From Clostridia bacterium (GTDB taxonomy: Bacteria; Bacillota; Clostridia; Oscillospirales; CAG-272), in the NCBI GenBank assembly GCA_017623255.1, contig JAGAPL010000076.1, forward strand, positions 3,252-67,251: DNA of 64,000 nucleotides. The letters are read 5' to 3'. Every line of letters begins with the position of its first letter. Within the stretch, counting starts at the first letter, position 1. Shown here piece by piece: positions 24,307-34,696 of the stretch. Made by a program: the position numbers and the translations under genes. The notes under the pieces are model-generated. The model worked only from the letters and a program-made list of their open reading frames with translations. It did no database searches and was not told the DNA's origin.

Positions 24307-25185
24307 ATGAAAAAAATGCTTTTTCTTATAAATCCCGTGTCGGGCAAATTAGTTCTTAATGACAGCCTTATGGAAGTTATTGAAGTGTTTGCAAACGGTG
24401 ATTATGAAATAAACGTAAGGCTAACGAAAAATAAAGACGATATGATTGAAACTGCCAAAAATGCAGATCAGTATGATATAGTAGTATGCTGCGGAGGAGA
24501 TGGCACTCTTAACATAGTTGCAGGAGCCGTGTATGAAAAAGGTGCAGATACACTTATCGGCTATATCCCCGGCGGAACAACAAACGATTTTGCCAATTCA
24601 AGAAGAATAGACACAGTAGCTGTGGGCGCAGCAAAACAGATAGTTGAGGGAAAGATAAGAGACACAGATCTTGGCCTTCTCAATGGTTTACCGTTTGTGT
24701 ATGTAGCAGCGTTTGGTATGTTTTCCGACGTTTCATATATGACAAGCCGCGAGCTTAAACAAAACCTCGGCCATGCAGCATATTTGCTTGAAGGACTGAA
24801 ATCTATAGGAACGGCAAAGCCTTATAATGCGAGAATAATATACGACGGTGGTATTATAGAAGGCGATTTTATATACGGAATGGTAAGCAATTCCCGCAGA
24901 GTGGGCGGCTTTGAAATGCCTATTATGCAAAATGTCCTTTATGACGACGGCGAAATGGAAATGCTCATTGTTCGTCACCCCAAATCAGCGGCAGATATTC
25001 AAAAAATTATTAACTCTCTCGTAACTCAAACCCCTGATGACTCAATGGTTTATATGTTTAAAACCACAAAAGCACATATTGAAAGCATAGAGGATATTCC
25101 GTGGTCTCTTGACGGAGAGTATGGCGGATCATATGCAGATGCAGTCATAGAGGTCAAAGAAGCGGCAGTTAAAATGATATTTTAA
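24307..25185 (+). CDS. diacylglycerol kinase family lipid kinase (YegS/DagK type)
   Basis: It has LINPVSG and VVCCGGDGTLN. The ATG at 24307 lies 8 nt after GGGAG. Confidence 0.8.
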   Translation: MKKMLFLINPVSGKLVLNDSLMEVIEVFANGDYEINVRLTKNKDDMIETAKNADQYDIVVCCGGDGTLNIVAGAVYEKGADTLIGYIPGGTTNDFANSRRIDTVAVGAAKQIVEGKIRDTDLGLLNGLPFVYVAAFGMFSDVSYMTSRELKQNLGHAAYLLEGLKSIGTAKPYNARIIYDGGIIEGDFIYGMVSNSRRVGGFEMPIMQNVLYDDGEMEMLIVRHPKSAADIQKIINSLVTQTPDDSMVYMFKTTKAHIESIEDIPWSLDGEYGGSYADAVIEVKEAAVKMIF

Positions 25186-25224
25186 ACAAAAAGCCTTTTC
25201 TGTATAGCGGAGAAGGCTTTTCTG

Positions 25225-25253
25225 TTGACTTTGAAGGTAAAAAAGGGTACAAT
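25225..25253 (+). promoter_or_regulatory. sigma-A promoter of polA
   Basis: TTGACT (25225-25230), a 17-nt spacer, then TACAAT (25248-25253). Confidence 0.5.
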
Positions 25254-25281
25254 GTAGTTAAGTAAAAATTGAGGTTGAAGT

Positions 25282-27768
25282 ATGAAAAAATTACTTATTG
25301 TAGATGGCAACAGTATTCTTAACAGAGCGTTTTACGGAATTCGCCCTTTGACCACCAAAGAAGGTATTCCTACAAATGCAGTGTATGGTTTTGTCAATAT
25401 TCTCAAAAAGCATATAGATGCATTGTCTCCCGATTATCTTGCCTGCGCCTTTGATATGAAAGCGCCCACTTTCCGTCATAAAATGTATGATGGCTATAAG
25501 GCAAACAGAAAAGGTATGCCTGATGAGCTGGCAGAGCAGCTTCCCATTGCAAAAGACGCGGCAAAGTATATGGGCTTCAAAGTGCTCACCTGTGAGGGCT
25601 GGGAGGCAGATGATATCCTTGGCACACTTGCATGGATGGGAGATAAAGAAACTGATGTTCATTCGTACATTCTCACAGGAGACAGAGATTCTCTCCAGCT
25701 TATAACAGAAACAACAAGCGTCGTGCTTGTAAAAACAAAAGAAGATATAGTGTACACTCCCGAGTTGTTTTCTCAGGAGTACGGAATCACTCCCGAACAG
25801 TTTGTTTATGTAAAAGCACTTATGGGTGACACATCCGATAATATTCCCGGAGTTATGGGCATAGGTGAAAAAACAGCGCTGAAGCTGATTTCGTCCGCAG
25901 GAGATCTTAACGGATTGTATGCTGATGAAAACCTCGGCGGCGCGGGAAAATCTGCCAAGGGAAAGCTCCTTGCAGGCAAGGACAGCGCATATATGTCATA
26001 TGATCTGGCAAAAATAAGCAGAGAAGCGCCTGTTGGTATTGAGTTGGGCGAGCTTGAAGCAGCTCCTGATAACAAAGCTTTGTCAGAATTGTTTGTGCGC
26101 CTTGAGTTTTCTGCGCTTCTGAAGAGATTTGGGTTGGAAGAAGAAAACACACCTTCTCCCGAATTTGAAATGCCCCGGCTGAGTGAAGCGGATATAGAGG
26201 CTCTTGGTGATGAAGTTGCTGTGGCTGTAAATGGTGAAAAGATTATCGCAACAGACGGAAAGATCCGAATTTGTGTTGATATAGAAGCAGCAAGACCGGT
26301 TCTTGAAAAAGGCGTTATCTGTCACGACTATAAAAAGCTGTGCATAGCTTGCGCTCCTCACGGTATCGAACCTAAATGTGTTTTTGATACAATGACCGCA
26401 GCATATCTGCTTTCTCCCGGTGAAAGCTCTTATCCTGTTTCCAAGCTTGCTCTCAGGTATTTGTCGGCAACTGCAAATGAGGAAGGAGAAGAATGGTTTT
26501 GTCATCTTATGTATCCAATTATTTTGGATGAGTTAGAAAAAGAAGGAATGACAAAGCTGCTTTATGAAATAGAAATTCCTCTTTCTCCCGTGCTTGCGTC
26601 AATGGAGGTCCTGGGATTCCGTCTTGATTCGGATGGACTTCACGGCTATATGGAAAGTCTTAAAGCGCTTATGCACGAAACAGAGCAAAGAATATATATG
26701 CTTGCAGGAAAAGAATTCAACCTTAATTCTCCCAAGCAGCTTGGTGAAGTGCTTTTTGAAGAAATGGGACTTCCTGCACTGAAAAAGACAAAAACGGGAT
26801 ATGCAACCGATGCAGAAACTCTCTCAAAACTGAAAGCAGGCAATCCTATAGTTGAAGATATACTTTTCTACCGTCAGGTAGCAAAACTGGTAGGTACCTA
26901 CGGAGATAATCTCATAGCATTGTGCGATGAAAACGGCAGAATACACACAAGCTTCAATCAGACAGGAACCGCAACGGGAAGACTTTCTTCTGTGGATCCA
27001 AATCTGCAGAATATACCTGTAAAAACTGAGCTTGGCCGAGAGCTTCGCAAATTCTTTGTGGCAGAAAACAGTGATTATGTGCTTCTTGATGCTGACTATT
27101 CTCAGATAGAGCTTCGCTTGCTTGCGGAGATATCAGGAGATGAAACTATGAGAGAAGCGTTCATTTCAGGAGAGGATATTCACGCGTCAACAGCATCAAA
27201 AGTATTCAGAGTTCCCCTTGAAGCTGTAACAAAACAGCTTCGCTCAAGAGCAAAAGCCGTAAACTTTGGCATAGTTTACGGAATAGGAGATTTTTCTCTT
27301 GCTCAGGATATTGGCGTTTCGAGAAAGGCTGCGCGAGAGTATATAGATAACTATCTTGCAACCTATACAAAGGTCGATCAGTATCTCAACAAAACGAAGG
27401 CAGAAGCGAGAGAAATGGGATATACTGTAACGATGTTCGGCCGTCGCCGTCCTATTCCCGAGCTTAGTGCAAAGAATAAAAATCTTCAGGCGTTTGGCGA
27501 GAGAGTAGCTATGAACAGTCCTATTCAGGGCAGCGCTGCCGATATTATCAAAATTGCAATGATAAATGTCTATAACGCACTTAGAACGGCTGGTATTGAT
27601 GCAAAGCTGATCCTTCAGGTGCATGATGAACTGATTATTGAATGTCATAAGGATTGCGTTGCAAAAGCATCGGAAATTCTCAGAGAATGTATGGAGAATG
27701 CAGTTGAAACAACTGTTCCCCTGACGGCAGAAGTTTCAGTGGGGTCTAATTGGCTTGATGCAAAGTGA
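25282..27768 (+). CDS. polA: DNA polymerase I
   Basis: The 5' nuclease N-terminus reads LLIVDGNSILNRAFYG. The polymerase motifs are DYSQIELRLLA, RSRAKAVNFGIVYG and QVHDELI. Confidence 0.95.
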   Translation: MKKLLIVDGNSILNRAFYGIRPLTTKEGIPTNAVYGFVNILKKHIDALSPDYLACAFDMKAPTFRHKMYDGYKANRKGMPDELAEQLPIAKDAAKYMGFKVLTCEGWEADDILGTLAWMGDKETDVHSYILTGDRDSLQLITETTSVVLVKTKEDIVYTPELFSQEYGITPEQFVYVKALMGDTSDNIPGVMGIGEKTALKLISSAGDLNGLYADENLGGAGKSAKGKLLAGKDSAYMSYDLAKISREAPVGIELGELEAAPDNKALSELFVRLEFSALLKRFGLEEENTPSPEFEMPRLSEADIEALGDEVAVAVNGEKIIATDGKIRICVDIEAARPVLEKGVICHDYKKLCIACAPHGIEPKCVFDTMTAAYLLSPGESSYPVSKLALRYLSATANEEGEEWFCHLMYPIILDELEKEGMTKLLYEIEIPLSPVLASMEVLGFRLDSDGLHGYMESLKALMHETEQRIYMLAGKEFNLNSPKQLGEVLFEEMGLPALKKTKTGYATDAETLSKLKAGNPIVEDILFYRQVAKLVGTYGDNLIALCDENGRIHTSFNQTGTATGRLSSVDPNLQNIPVKTELGRELRKFFVAENSDYVLLDADYSQIELRLLAEISGDETMREAFISGEDIHASTASKVFRVPLEAVTKQLRSRAKAVNFGIVYGIGDFSLAQDIGVSRKAAREYIDNYLATYTKVDQYLNKTKAEAREMGYTVTMFGRRRPIPELSAKNKNLQAFGERVAMNSPIQGSAADIIKIAMINVYNALRTAGIDAKLILQVHDELIIECHKDCVAKASEILRECMENAVETTVPLTAEVSVGSNWLDAK

Positions 27769-27775
27769 TGGTTTT

Positions 27776-27817
27776 GAAGAGCTTTTTGATAGGTGACTGT
27801 CGAAAAGCTCTTTTTTA
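27776..27817 (+). terminator. polA intrinsic terminator
   Basis: The stem pairs aagagctttt (27777-27786) with aaaagctctt (27803-27812). A T-run follows. Confidence 0.7.
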
Positions 27818-28056
27818 GACTGTTGCAGATAATTCGCTTGGATTTTTGCACTGTTGTTGATATTATTATAGATGTCAAAAATCACCCAAATAAGTGATAA
27901 AAAACTTGGTTTGGTTGTGCAAGATGCAGAAAATTCGATTTGTAGCATAAAGGTTTCGTAAAACAACTTTCATAATTCGATAAAATATGATACAATTGAG
28001 CATAAGTATTTCTATATAAAAATCTATATTATTTTTTCTTTTGTACGGAGGAGAAT

Positions 28057-29178
28057 ATGGAGCGCTTAAACGGTGAGCTTGGCATTATCGCCATGAAGGG
28101 TTGCGAACAGTTCGTAGATGTAGTAGATGCATATCTCAAGCAGTGGAGACGTCACGATGACGACCAGGATTTCGTTATGAACGCTGATTGCATCAGATTT
28201 GGTTCCGGTGAAGGCAAGGCAATGCTTCACGATTCGGCAAGAGGCCATGATATTTATATCATTTCTGATTGTTTCAACTATGGCGTTGAGTATAAGATGC
28301 AGGGCAGAATGGTTCCCATGAGTCCTGACGATCATTTTGCTGATCTTAAGAGAGTAATTGCTTCTATCGCAGGTAAAGCAACAAGAATTTCTGTTATTAT
28401 GCCTATGCTTTATGAAGGCAGACAGCATAAGAGAACAAGCAGAGAAAGTCTTGACTGTGCGCTTGCGCTTCAGGAGCTTGTAAATATGGGTGTATCCAAT
28501 ATTATCACATTTGATGCTCATGACCCCAGAGTTCAGAATGCTATCCCCCTAAGCGGATTTGATAATATCCGTCCTTCATATCAGATGCTCAAGGCACTTG
28601 TTCGCGCAGTACCCGATGTTCGCTTTGATAAGGAAAGTATGGTGTTCATCTCTCCCGATGAAGGCGCAATGGGCAGAAGTATGTATTATGCATCTCTTCT
28701 CGGCGTTGACCTTGGTATGTTCTACAAGAGAAGAAATTATGCAGTGGTTATCGACGGTAAGAACCCCATCGAAGCCCACGAATACCTTGGAAGAAGCGTT
28801 GAAGGCAAGGACGTTATCGTTGTAGACGATATGATTTCTTCCGGTGACTCTATCCTTGATGTATCCGCTCAGCTTAAGGCCAAGGGCGCCCGCAGAGTAT
28901 TCCTCTTCGTAACATTCGGTCTCTTTGTTTCCGGCCCCGGCGTGTTTGACCGCGCTTATGAGCAGGGACTCTTTGATAAGGTGTTCACAACAAACCTCAC
29001 ATATACAGACCCTGAAATTCTTGCTCGTCCTTGGCATGAATCTGTTAATATGTGCAAGTATGTGGCATATATTATTGACACACTCAATCACGATTCTTCT
29101 ATTTCCACTCTGCTCAATCCCGTTCAGAAGATCCATAATCTTCTTGACGCGCAGAATGCAAAGTTTACTAATAACTGA
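28057..29178 (+). CDS. prs: ribose-phosphate pyrophosphokinase-like protein (long, divergent form)
   Basis: It has the PRPP-binding loop DVIVVDDMISSGDSI and the segment RISVIMPMLYEGRQHKR. At 373 aa it is longer than the canonical Prs. Confidence 0.7.
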   Translation: MERLNGELGIIAMKGCEQFVDVVDAYLKQWRRHDDDQDFVMNADCIRFGSGEGKAMLHDSARGHDIYIISDCFNYGVEYKMQGRMVPMSPDDHFADLKRVIASIAGKATRISVIMPMLYEGRQHKRTSRESLDCALALQELVNMGVSNIITFDAHDPRVQNAIPLSGFDNIRPSYQMLKALVRAVPDVRFDKESMVFISPDEGAMGRSMYYASLLGVDLGMFYKRRNYAVVIDGKNPIEAHEYLGRSVEGKDVIVVDDMISSGDSILDVSAQLKAKGARRVFLFVTFGLFVSGPGVFDRAYEQGLFDKVFTTNLTYTDPEILARPWHESVNMCKYVAYIIDTLNHDSSISTLLNPVQKIHNLLDAQNAKFTNN

Positions 29179-29185
29179 CCATAAG

Positions 29186-29224
29186 GTCGAAAAAGGATGA
29201 AGCGCGGCTTTGTCCTTTTTCGAC
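29186..29224 (+). terminator. hairpin after prs
   Basis: A 12-bp stem pairs gtcgaaaaagga with tcctttttcgac. The T-tail is weak. Confidence 0.45.
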
Positions 29225-29269
29225 GTTTATATCCTTACACGAAAAAAGTGAAAAGAAAGGGAAAAATCA

Positions 29270-30988
29270 ATGCTTGATTTCAAAAATCAGCTTTCAATGC
29301 TTGCAGCAGCTGCAGCTGAGGAAAAGTTTCCCGGTTGTGATCTAACAGCTGAAGCAGTTTTTGAAATGCTTGAATATCCTCCCGACACAACTATGGGAGA
29401 CGTGGCTCTGCCTTGCTTTAAGCTCAGCCGCACACTCCGTAAGGCTCCTCCTATGATAGCGAAAGAGCTTTGCGAAGCAATTTCAGGCAAGGGCGAGGGG
29501 GTTATCTCCTCTGTCACAGCCGACGGCGGATATCTTAACTTTAAGATATCCAATAATTATCTTGTGAATAACGTTCTTCTCGCAGTGGAAGAGAAGGGCG
29601 ATATGTACGGTTCAAACGGTATGGGTGAAGGCAAAACAGTTGTTCTTGACTATTCTTCTCCAAATATATCCAAACCATTCCACATAGGCCACCTTGGTAC
29701 AACTGTTATAGGACATTCTCTCAAGCTTCTTCATGAGTTTGAAGGCTATAAGTGTGTTGGCATCAACCATCTTGGTGACTGGGGTACCCAGAATGGTAAG
29801 CAGATCGTTGCATTCAAAAGGTGGGGCGATCGTGAAAAGGTTGAAAGAGAAGGAATTGACGCGCTGGTTGAGCTTTATGTAAAATTCCATGCAGAAGCAG
29901 AGCTTGATCCTTCGCTTAACGATGAGGCGAGAGCCGAGTTTAAAAAGCTTGAAGAGCATGATCCTGAAAATATTGCTCTGTGGAAATGGTTTATAGACGT
30001 TAGTTTCAAGGAATATGAAGTAACTTATAATCAGCTTGGTATATCCTTTGACAGCTATAACGGTGAAAGCTTCTACACGGATAAGATGGCAGAGCAGATC
30101 GACAAAATGAAGGATATGGGCCTTCTCAAGCTTGATGACGGTGCATCTATCGTTGACCTTGAAGAGTATGGAATGCCTCCTTGTCTTATCCTCAAGCGTG
30201 ATGGCACCACTCTTTATCCCACACGAGATATTGCAGCTGCAGTTTACAGAAAGCGCACTTACGATTTTGATAAGTGCATCTATGTAACAAGTAACGGCCA
30301 GAGTCTCCACTTTGCTCAGTGGTTCAAGGTTGTGGAAATGATGGGATATGATTGGTCAGATAAGCTTATCCATATTCCTTACGGTACTGTTAGTATCGGC
30401 GGCGAAAAGCTTGCAACCAGAACGGGTAACGTAATTCTTCTTAAGGACCTGTTCCGTCAGGCAATAGAGAAGGTTACAGAGCTTATGGATGAAAAAAATC
30501 CCGATCTTCCCGATAAAGAAGCTGTTGCAGAAGCAGTAGGCGTTGGTGCTGTAGTGTTCCACTATCTCTATAATAACAGAACAAGAGATATCAACTTTAT
30601 TCTTGAAAACGCTCTCAGCTTTGAAGGTAGTACAGGCCCCTATGCACAGTATACCTATGCAAGAACCTGCAGCATCCTTGAAAAAGCAGGTGAGCTTGCC
30701 AAGGGCGATGTTGTTATCACAGCAGAGGAAGAGGCTGACGTTCTCAAAACTCTCAACCGTTTCCCCGAAAAAGTGCTTGAAGCTATCAGTGAATATGAGC
30801 CTTCTGTTGTCACAAGATATATCATTGATCTGTGCACAGCATTCAACCGCTTCTATCATAACTGCCCCATTATTTCAGCAGAAGATGAAGCAACACGTAA
30901 CACACGTCTCAGAATCACTGCCGCAGTTCAAACAGTTCTCGGCCGTGCACTCAGCCTCATTTGTATGAAGGCACCTAAGAAGATATAA
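29270..30988 (+). CDS. argS: arginine--tRNA ligase
   Basis: It has the HIGH-region SSPNISKPFHIGHLGTTVIG, a length of 572 aa, and a C-terminal anticodon-binding domain pattern. Confidence 0.95.
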   Translation: MLDFKNQLSMLAAAAAEEKFPGCDLTAEAVFEMLEYPPDTTMGDVALPCFKLSRTLRKAPPMIAKELCEAISGKGEGVISSVTADGGYLNFKISNNYLVNNVLLAVEEKGDMYGSNGMGEGKTVVLDYSSPNISKPFHIGHLGTTVIGHSLKLLHEFEGYKCVGINHLGDWGTQNGKQIVAFKRWGDREKVEREGIDALVELYVKFHAEAELDPSLNDEARAEFKKLEEHDPENIALWKWFIDVSFKEYEVTYNQLGISFDSYNGESFYTDKMAEQIDKMKDMGLLKLDDGASIVDLEEYGMPPCLILKRDGTTLYPTRDIAAAVYRKRTYDFDKCIYVTSNGQSLHFAQWFKVVEMMGYDWSDKLIHIPYGTVSIGGEKLATRTGNVILLKDLFRQAIEKVTELMDEKNPDLPDKEAVAEAVGVGAVVFHYLYNNRTRDINFILENALSFEGSTGPYAQYTYARTCSILEKAGELAKGDVVITAEEEADVLKTLNRFPEKVLEAISEYEPSVVTRYIIDLCTAFNRFYHNCPIISAEDEATRNTRLRITAAVQTVLGRALSLICMKAPKKI

Positions 30989-31030
30989 AAGCTTTCTCCT
31001 TTGGAGAAGATTATAAAAGAGGAGTTAAAT

Positions 31031-31762
31031 ATGTCCGGACATTCAAAATGGAATAACATTAAAAACAAAAAAGCGAAGACAGATGCCCAGAAGGGTAAGA
31101 TCTTCACAAAAATCGGTAAGGAAATAGCAATCGCTGTTCGTGACGGTGGCGCTGATCCCAATGCTAACGCTAAGCTTCGTGACCTTATTGCTAAGGCTAA
31201 GGCGAATAACGTTCCTAACGATAATATCGACCGCGCAATCAAAAAGGCAGCAGGCGGCGAAGTTGCAAACTACGAAGAAGTTGTATACGAAGGCTACGGT
31301 CCCTCCGGCGTTGCTGTTATAGTTGTTGCTGCAACTGATAACCGTAATCGTACAGGTGGTGAGGTTCGTCATTTTTTTGATAAGTACGGCGGAAATCTTG
31401 GTCAGATCGGTTGCGTATCCTTTATGTTTGATGATAAGGGTGTTATCGTTATCGAAAAGGATGATGCTATCGACGAAGATACACTTATGGAAGCATCCCT
31501 TGAAGCAGGCGCGGCAGATTTTGCCTCCGACGGTGACGTATACGAGATATTCACTGAAACATCTGATCTTTCAGCTGTAAGAGAAGCTCTTGAAGCAGCA
31601 GGCTACACAATTCTTTCTGCTGAAAATGATAAGATCCCTCAGAACTATATCACACTTGAATCTGAAGACGATATCAAGAATATGAACCTTCTTATTGAAC
31701 ATCTTGAGGATAACGACGACGTTCAGGATGTTTATCATAACTGGGAAAATTGCGATGAATGA
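31031..31762 (+). CDS. YebC/PmpR family DNA-binding transcriptional regulator
   Basis: The N-terminus [27 protein letters not shown] is typical. The ATG at 31031 follows GGAG. Confidence 0.9.
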   Translation: MSGHSKWNNIKNKKAKTDAQKGKIFTKIGKEIAIAVRDGGADPNANAKLRDLIAKAKANNVPNDNIDRAIKKAAGGEVANYEEVVYEGYGPSGVAVIVVAATDNRNRTGGEVRHFFDKYGGNLGQIGCVSFMFDDKGVIVIEKDDAIDEDTLMEASLEAGAADFASDGDVYEIFTETSDLSAVREALEAAGYTILSAENDKIPQNYITLESEDDIKNMNLLIEHLEDNDDVQDVYHNWENCDE

Positions 31763-32603
31763 GGTAGGTTTTCCCGGATTGGGACTTGGTCCCTTTACAA
31801 TTGACAGCACGGCATTTACAGTTTTCGGACACGAAATAAAGTGGTACGGAATTATAATCTGTGTAGGTATGATTCTTGCCTATTATTATGCATGGACCAG
31901 AGCAAAGTACGAAGGTATTAAGACTGATGACCTGATTGATCTTGCTTTGGCACTGATGATATTCGGTATTGCAGGCGCAAGAATATACTATATCATTTTT
32001 GAACTTGATAGCTATATTGCAACAGGTGGAACATTTTTCTCTAATTTGTGGAACACAATCAAAAATATGTTCTCCATCCATAATGGCGGACTTGCTATAT
32101 TTGGCGGTATTATTGCAGGATTTTTCACTGCGATGGTTGTGGCAAAAATCAAGAAGATTCGTTTTCCCATTCTTCTTGATGTACTTGCGCCCTCCGTTAT
32201 GATAGGCCAGCTTGTCGGCCGCTGGGGCAATTTTATGAACGGCGAAGCATACGGTGTTGAAACAACTCTTCCTTGGAGAATGAGTATAACCCAGGTGCTG
32301 TCAAGCGGATTTAAATCAGCAACTATAGAAGTTCATCCTACATTTTTGTACGAATCGCTGTGGAATCTCATAGGATTTGTTGTTATAGCAACACTTTATA
32401 AAAAGAAGAATTTCCACGGCCAGTGGCTTTGCTTCTATCTGGCGTGGTACGGTCTGGGAAGAGCGTTTATTGAAGGTCTGCGCACAGATAGCCTTATGGT
32501 AGGACCGTTCAGAGTATCTCAGCTTCTTGCGGCAGTGATATGTGTTGTAGGTATAGTTCTTCTTGTGCTTGGAACAGTAAAGGCAAAGAAAGAGGCAAAA
32601 TAA
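31755..32603 (+). CDS. lgt: prolipoprotein diacylglyceryl transferase
   Basis: It carries [13 protein letters not shown] and [12 protein letters not shown]. The ATG at 31755 overlaps the yebC stop. Confidence 0.9.
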   Translation: MNEVGFPGLGLGPFTIDSTAFTVFGHEIKWYGIIICVGMILAYYYAWTRAKYEGIKTDDLIDLALALMIFGIAGARIYYIIFELDSYIATGGTFFSNLWNTIKNMFSIHNGGLAIFGGIIAGFFTAMVVAKIKKIRFPILLDVLAPSVMIGQLVGRWGNFMNGEAYGVETTLPWRMSITQVLSSGFKSATIEVHPTFLYESLWNLIGFVVIATLYKKKNFHGQWLCFYLAWYGLGRAFIEGLRTDSLMVGPFRVSQLLAAVICVVGIVLLVLGTVKAKKEAK

Positions 32604-33454
32604 TGGCTCATATAATTGATGGTAAAAAGATTGCCGCAGAAACAAGAGCGGATATTGCACAGCGAGTTGCAGCGTTTGAAAAAGAAAAGGGCTTTAAACC
32701 CGGCCTGGCTGTAATAATTGTCGGAGAAAATCCTGCTTCTCAGGTTTATGTCAGAAATAAAAAGAAAGCCTGTGAAGATGTTGGAATGTATTCTATCGTG
32801 ATCGAAATGCCCGAAGCAACAACCCAGGATGAACTTATGGACAAAATAGAGGAGTTGAAAAACGACACCGCAATTCACGGAATTCTCGTTCAGCTTCCTT
32901 TGCCCGCACATCTTGATGAGGATGCAGTTATTGCTGCTATCCATCCTGAAAAGGATGTTGATGCATTCCATGCTCAGAACACCGGTAAAATAATGATCGG
33001 AGATTTTGATTTTCTTCCTTGCACACCTGCCGGCGTTATGAAGATGCTTGAGTATGAGGGTGTGGAGATTGAAGGAAAAGAATGTGTGGTTGTAGGTAGA
33101 AGCAATATCGTAGGCAAACCTCAGGCGATGCTTCTTCTTCATAAAAACGGCACCGTAACAATCTGTCATTCCAAAACAAAGAATCTTGCAGAGGTAACAA
33201 AGCGTGCAGATATCCTTGTTGTAGCAGTAGGCAGAGCCGATTTTATAACAGGGGATATGATCAAACCCGGTGCAGTCGTAATTGATGTGGGTATGAACCG
33301 CGGTTCTGACGGAAAGCTCACAGGAGACGTTGATTTTGATACAGCCTCAAAGGTTGCAGGTATGATAACTCCCGTTCCCGGCGGTGTTGGACCTATGACT
33401 ATAACAATGCTTCTGGAGAACACATTAACAGCTGCAAAAAAATCTGCAAATTAA
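32603..33454 (+). CDS. folD: bifunctional methylenetetrahydrofolate dehydrogenase / methenyltetrahydrofolate cyclohydrolase
   Basis: It has [32 protein letters not shown] and [10 protein letters not shown]. Confidence 0.95.
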   Translation: MAHIIDGKKIAAETRADIAQRVAAFEKEKGFKPGLAVIIVGENPASQVYVRNKKKACEDVGMYSIVIEMPEATTQDELMDKIEELKNDTAIHGILVQLPLPAHLDEDAVIAAIHPEKDVDAFHAQNTGKIMIGDFDFLPCTPAGVMKMLEYEGVEIEGKECVVVGRSNIVGKPQAMLLLHKNGTVTICHSKTKNLAEVTKRADILVVAVGRADFITGDMIKPGAVVIDVGMNRGSDGKLTGDVDFDTASKVAGMITPVPGGVGPMTITMLLENTLTAAKKSAN

Positions 33455-33466
33455 TAAAAATTATGC

Positions 33467-33495
33467 TTGACAAGCCATAAGTGGCGAGGTATAAT
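33467..33495 (+). promoter_or_regulatory. consensus sigma-A promoter of rplU-prp-rpmA
   Basis: TTGACA (33467-33472), a 17-nt spacer, then TATAAT (33490-33495). Confidence 0.65.
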
Positions 33496-33501
33496 ATAGA
33501 A

Positions 33502-33579
33502 TGCCGCGTGGTATGGGTAGAGTAATAGCGAAAGCTAACCCGATCCAGCGAGACGATATGAAAGAGAGGTGCTTTTCAA
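33502..33579 (+). promoter_or_regulatory. structured 5' leader, probably the Firmicute L21-leader autoregulatory element
   Basis: About 80 nt lie between the -10 box and the rplU ATG. The leader contains a gggt...tagc-GAAA-gcta-accc stem-loop. The position matches the known L21 leader, but I could not check the covariance model. Confidence 0.4.
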
Positions 33580-33891
33580 ATGTACGCAATTATCGAAACA
33601 GGCGGAAAGCAGTATAAGGTCGCTGAAGGCGACGTAATCTTCGTTGAGAAGATTGGCGCAGAAGAAGGCGCAGAAGTTAAGTTCGACAAGGTAATCCTTG
33701 TAGGCGATGAGAACGGTGTTAAGGTTGGCGCTCCCAACGTTGACGGTGCTGCAGTTAGCGGTAAGGTTCTCAAGAATGGCAAGGGCAAGAAGATCTATGT
33801 TATGACTTACAAGCCTAAGAAGAATGAGAAGAGAAAGCTCGGCCACAGACAGCCCTACACTAAGGTAGAGATCACAAAGATCGAGGCATAA
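33580..33891 (+). CDS. rplU: 50S ribosomal protein L21
   Basis: It starts [18 protein letters not shown] and is 103 aa long. Confidence 0.97.
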   Translation: MYAIIETGGKQYKVAEGDVIFVEKIGAEEGAEVKFDKVILVGDENGVKVGAPNVDGAAVSGKVLKNGKGKKIYVMTYKPKKNEKRKLGHRQPYTKVEITKIEA

Positions 33892-33892
33892 G

Positions 33893-34243
33893 GTGACTAA
33901 AATTAAATTCTTCCGCCGTGATGGACATTATTACGGGTTTGAAGAAACAGGTCACGCGGGATATGGCGAAGCAGGTGACGATGTTCTCTGCGCAGCGCTC
34001 TCCGCAATGACTATGCTTATTATCAATTCCATTGAAATCTCCTATGCTGCAAGCGTGCAGTATGAGGTAGACGAGGGAGCAACACGCATTTCAGTTAAAT
34101 GTATGGAGGCTCTTCCCGATTATTCAACGGACGAAAAGAAACAGTACGCGATTTCAGGACTGTTTCAGGGCTACTTTTTCCAGCTGAACGATCTTGTTGA
34201 GGAATATTATGATTTCCTTGAGGTCGAAGAGGTTGACGAGTAA
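33893..34243 (+). CDS. prp: ribosomal-processing cysteine protease Prp
   Basis: It starts at a GTG and carries [20 protein letters not shown]. It lies between rplU and rpmA. Confidence 0.9.
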   Translation: MTKIKFFRRDGHYYGFEETGHAGYGEAGDDVLCAALSAMTMLIINSIEISYAASVQYEVDEGATRISVKCMEALPDYSTDEKKQYAISGLFQGYFFQLNDLVEEYYDFLEVEEVDE

Positions 34244-34277
34244 GCTTTATCTTAAATTTTTCATGGAGGTAAAAACA

Positions 34278-34559
34278 ATGCTTAGAATTAGTCTTCAGTT
34301 TTTTGCACATAAGAAAGGTGTAGGTTCTACAAAGAACGGCCGTGACTCCGAATCCAAAAGACTTGGTGTTAAGAAGGCTGACGGTCAGGGTGTAATCGCT
34401 GGTAACATCATCGTTCGCCAGAGAGGTACACACATTCATCCCGGTAACAATGTAGGCCGTGGCTCCGACGATACACTGTTCGCTCTCATCGACGGAACAG
34501 TTAAGTTCGAGCGCATCGCAAAGGGCAGAAAGCAGGTTAGCGTTTACGCTGCTGAGTAA
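34278..34559 (+). CDS. rpmA: 50S ribosomal protein L27 (with Prp-cleaved N-terminal extension)
   Basis: The sequence is [30 protein letters not shown]. The ATG at 34278 follows GGAGG. Confidence 0.97.
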   Translation: MLRISLQFFAHKKGVGSTKNGRDSESKRLGVKKADGQGVIAGNIIVRQRGTHIHPGNNVGRGSDDTLFALIDGTVKFERIAKGRKQVSVYAAE

Positions 34560-34578
34560 TTGCTCAAAAATTGCACAT

Positions 34579-34606
34579 AAGCCGTCCGAAAGGGCGGCTT
34601 TTTTGT
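34579..34606 (+). terminator. rpmA intrinsic terminator
   Basis: The hairpin is aagccgtcc-gaaa-gggcggctt, followed by tttttt. Confidence 0.85.
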
Positions 34607-34696
34607 TTAGACAAAATATTTATTTTTGTTGTAATAAGTATATTTCTGTGATATACTTATATAAATATGATATTATTGAGGTGGGGAGTGATATAT

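Noticed and set aside
29179-29269. A possible T-box leader upstream of argS (and likewise upstream of metG, 42756-42833).
   Set aside because: The intergenic regions are only about 90 and 78 nt, too short for a T-box (normally more than 200 nt). No T-box consensus or specifier-loop architecture is visible. The hairpin at 29186-29224 is better explained as the prs terminator.
33526-33539. tagcGAAAgctaac in the rplU leader resembles the feo operator half-sites (TTAGC-N4-GCTAA).
   Set aside because: It lacks the full outer arms. It forms a GNRA-tetraloop hairpin inside a larger RNA stem and sits in a ribosomal-protein leader, so the resemblance is most likely coincidental.
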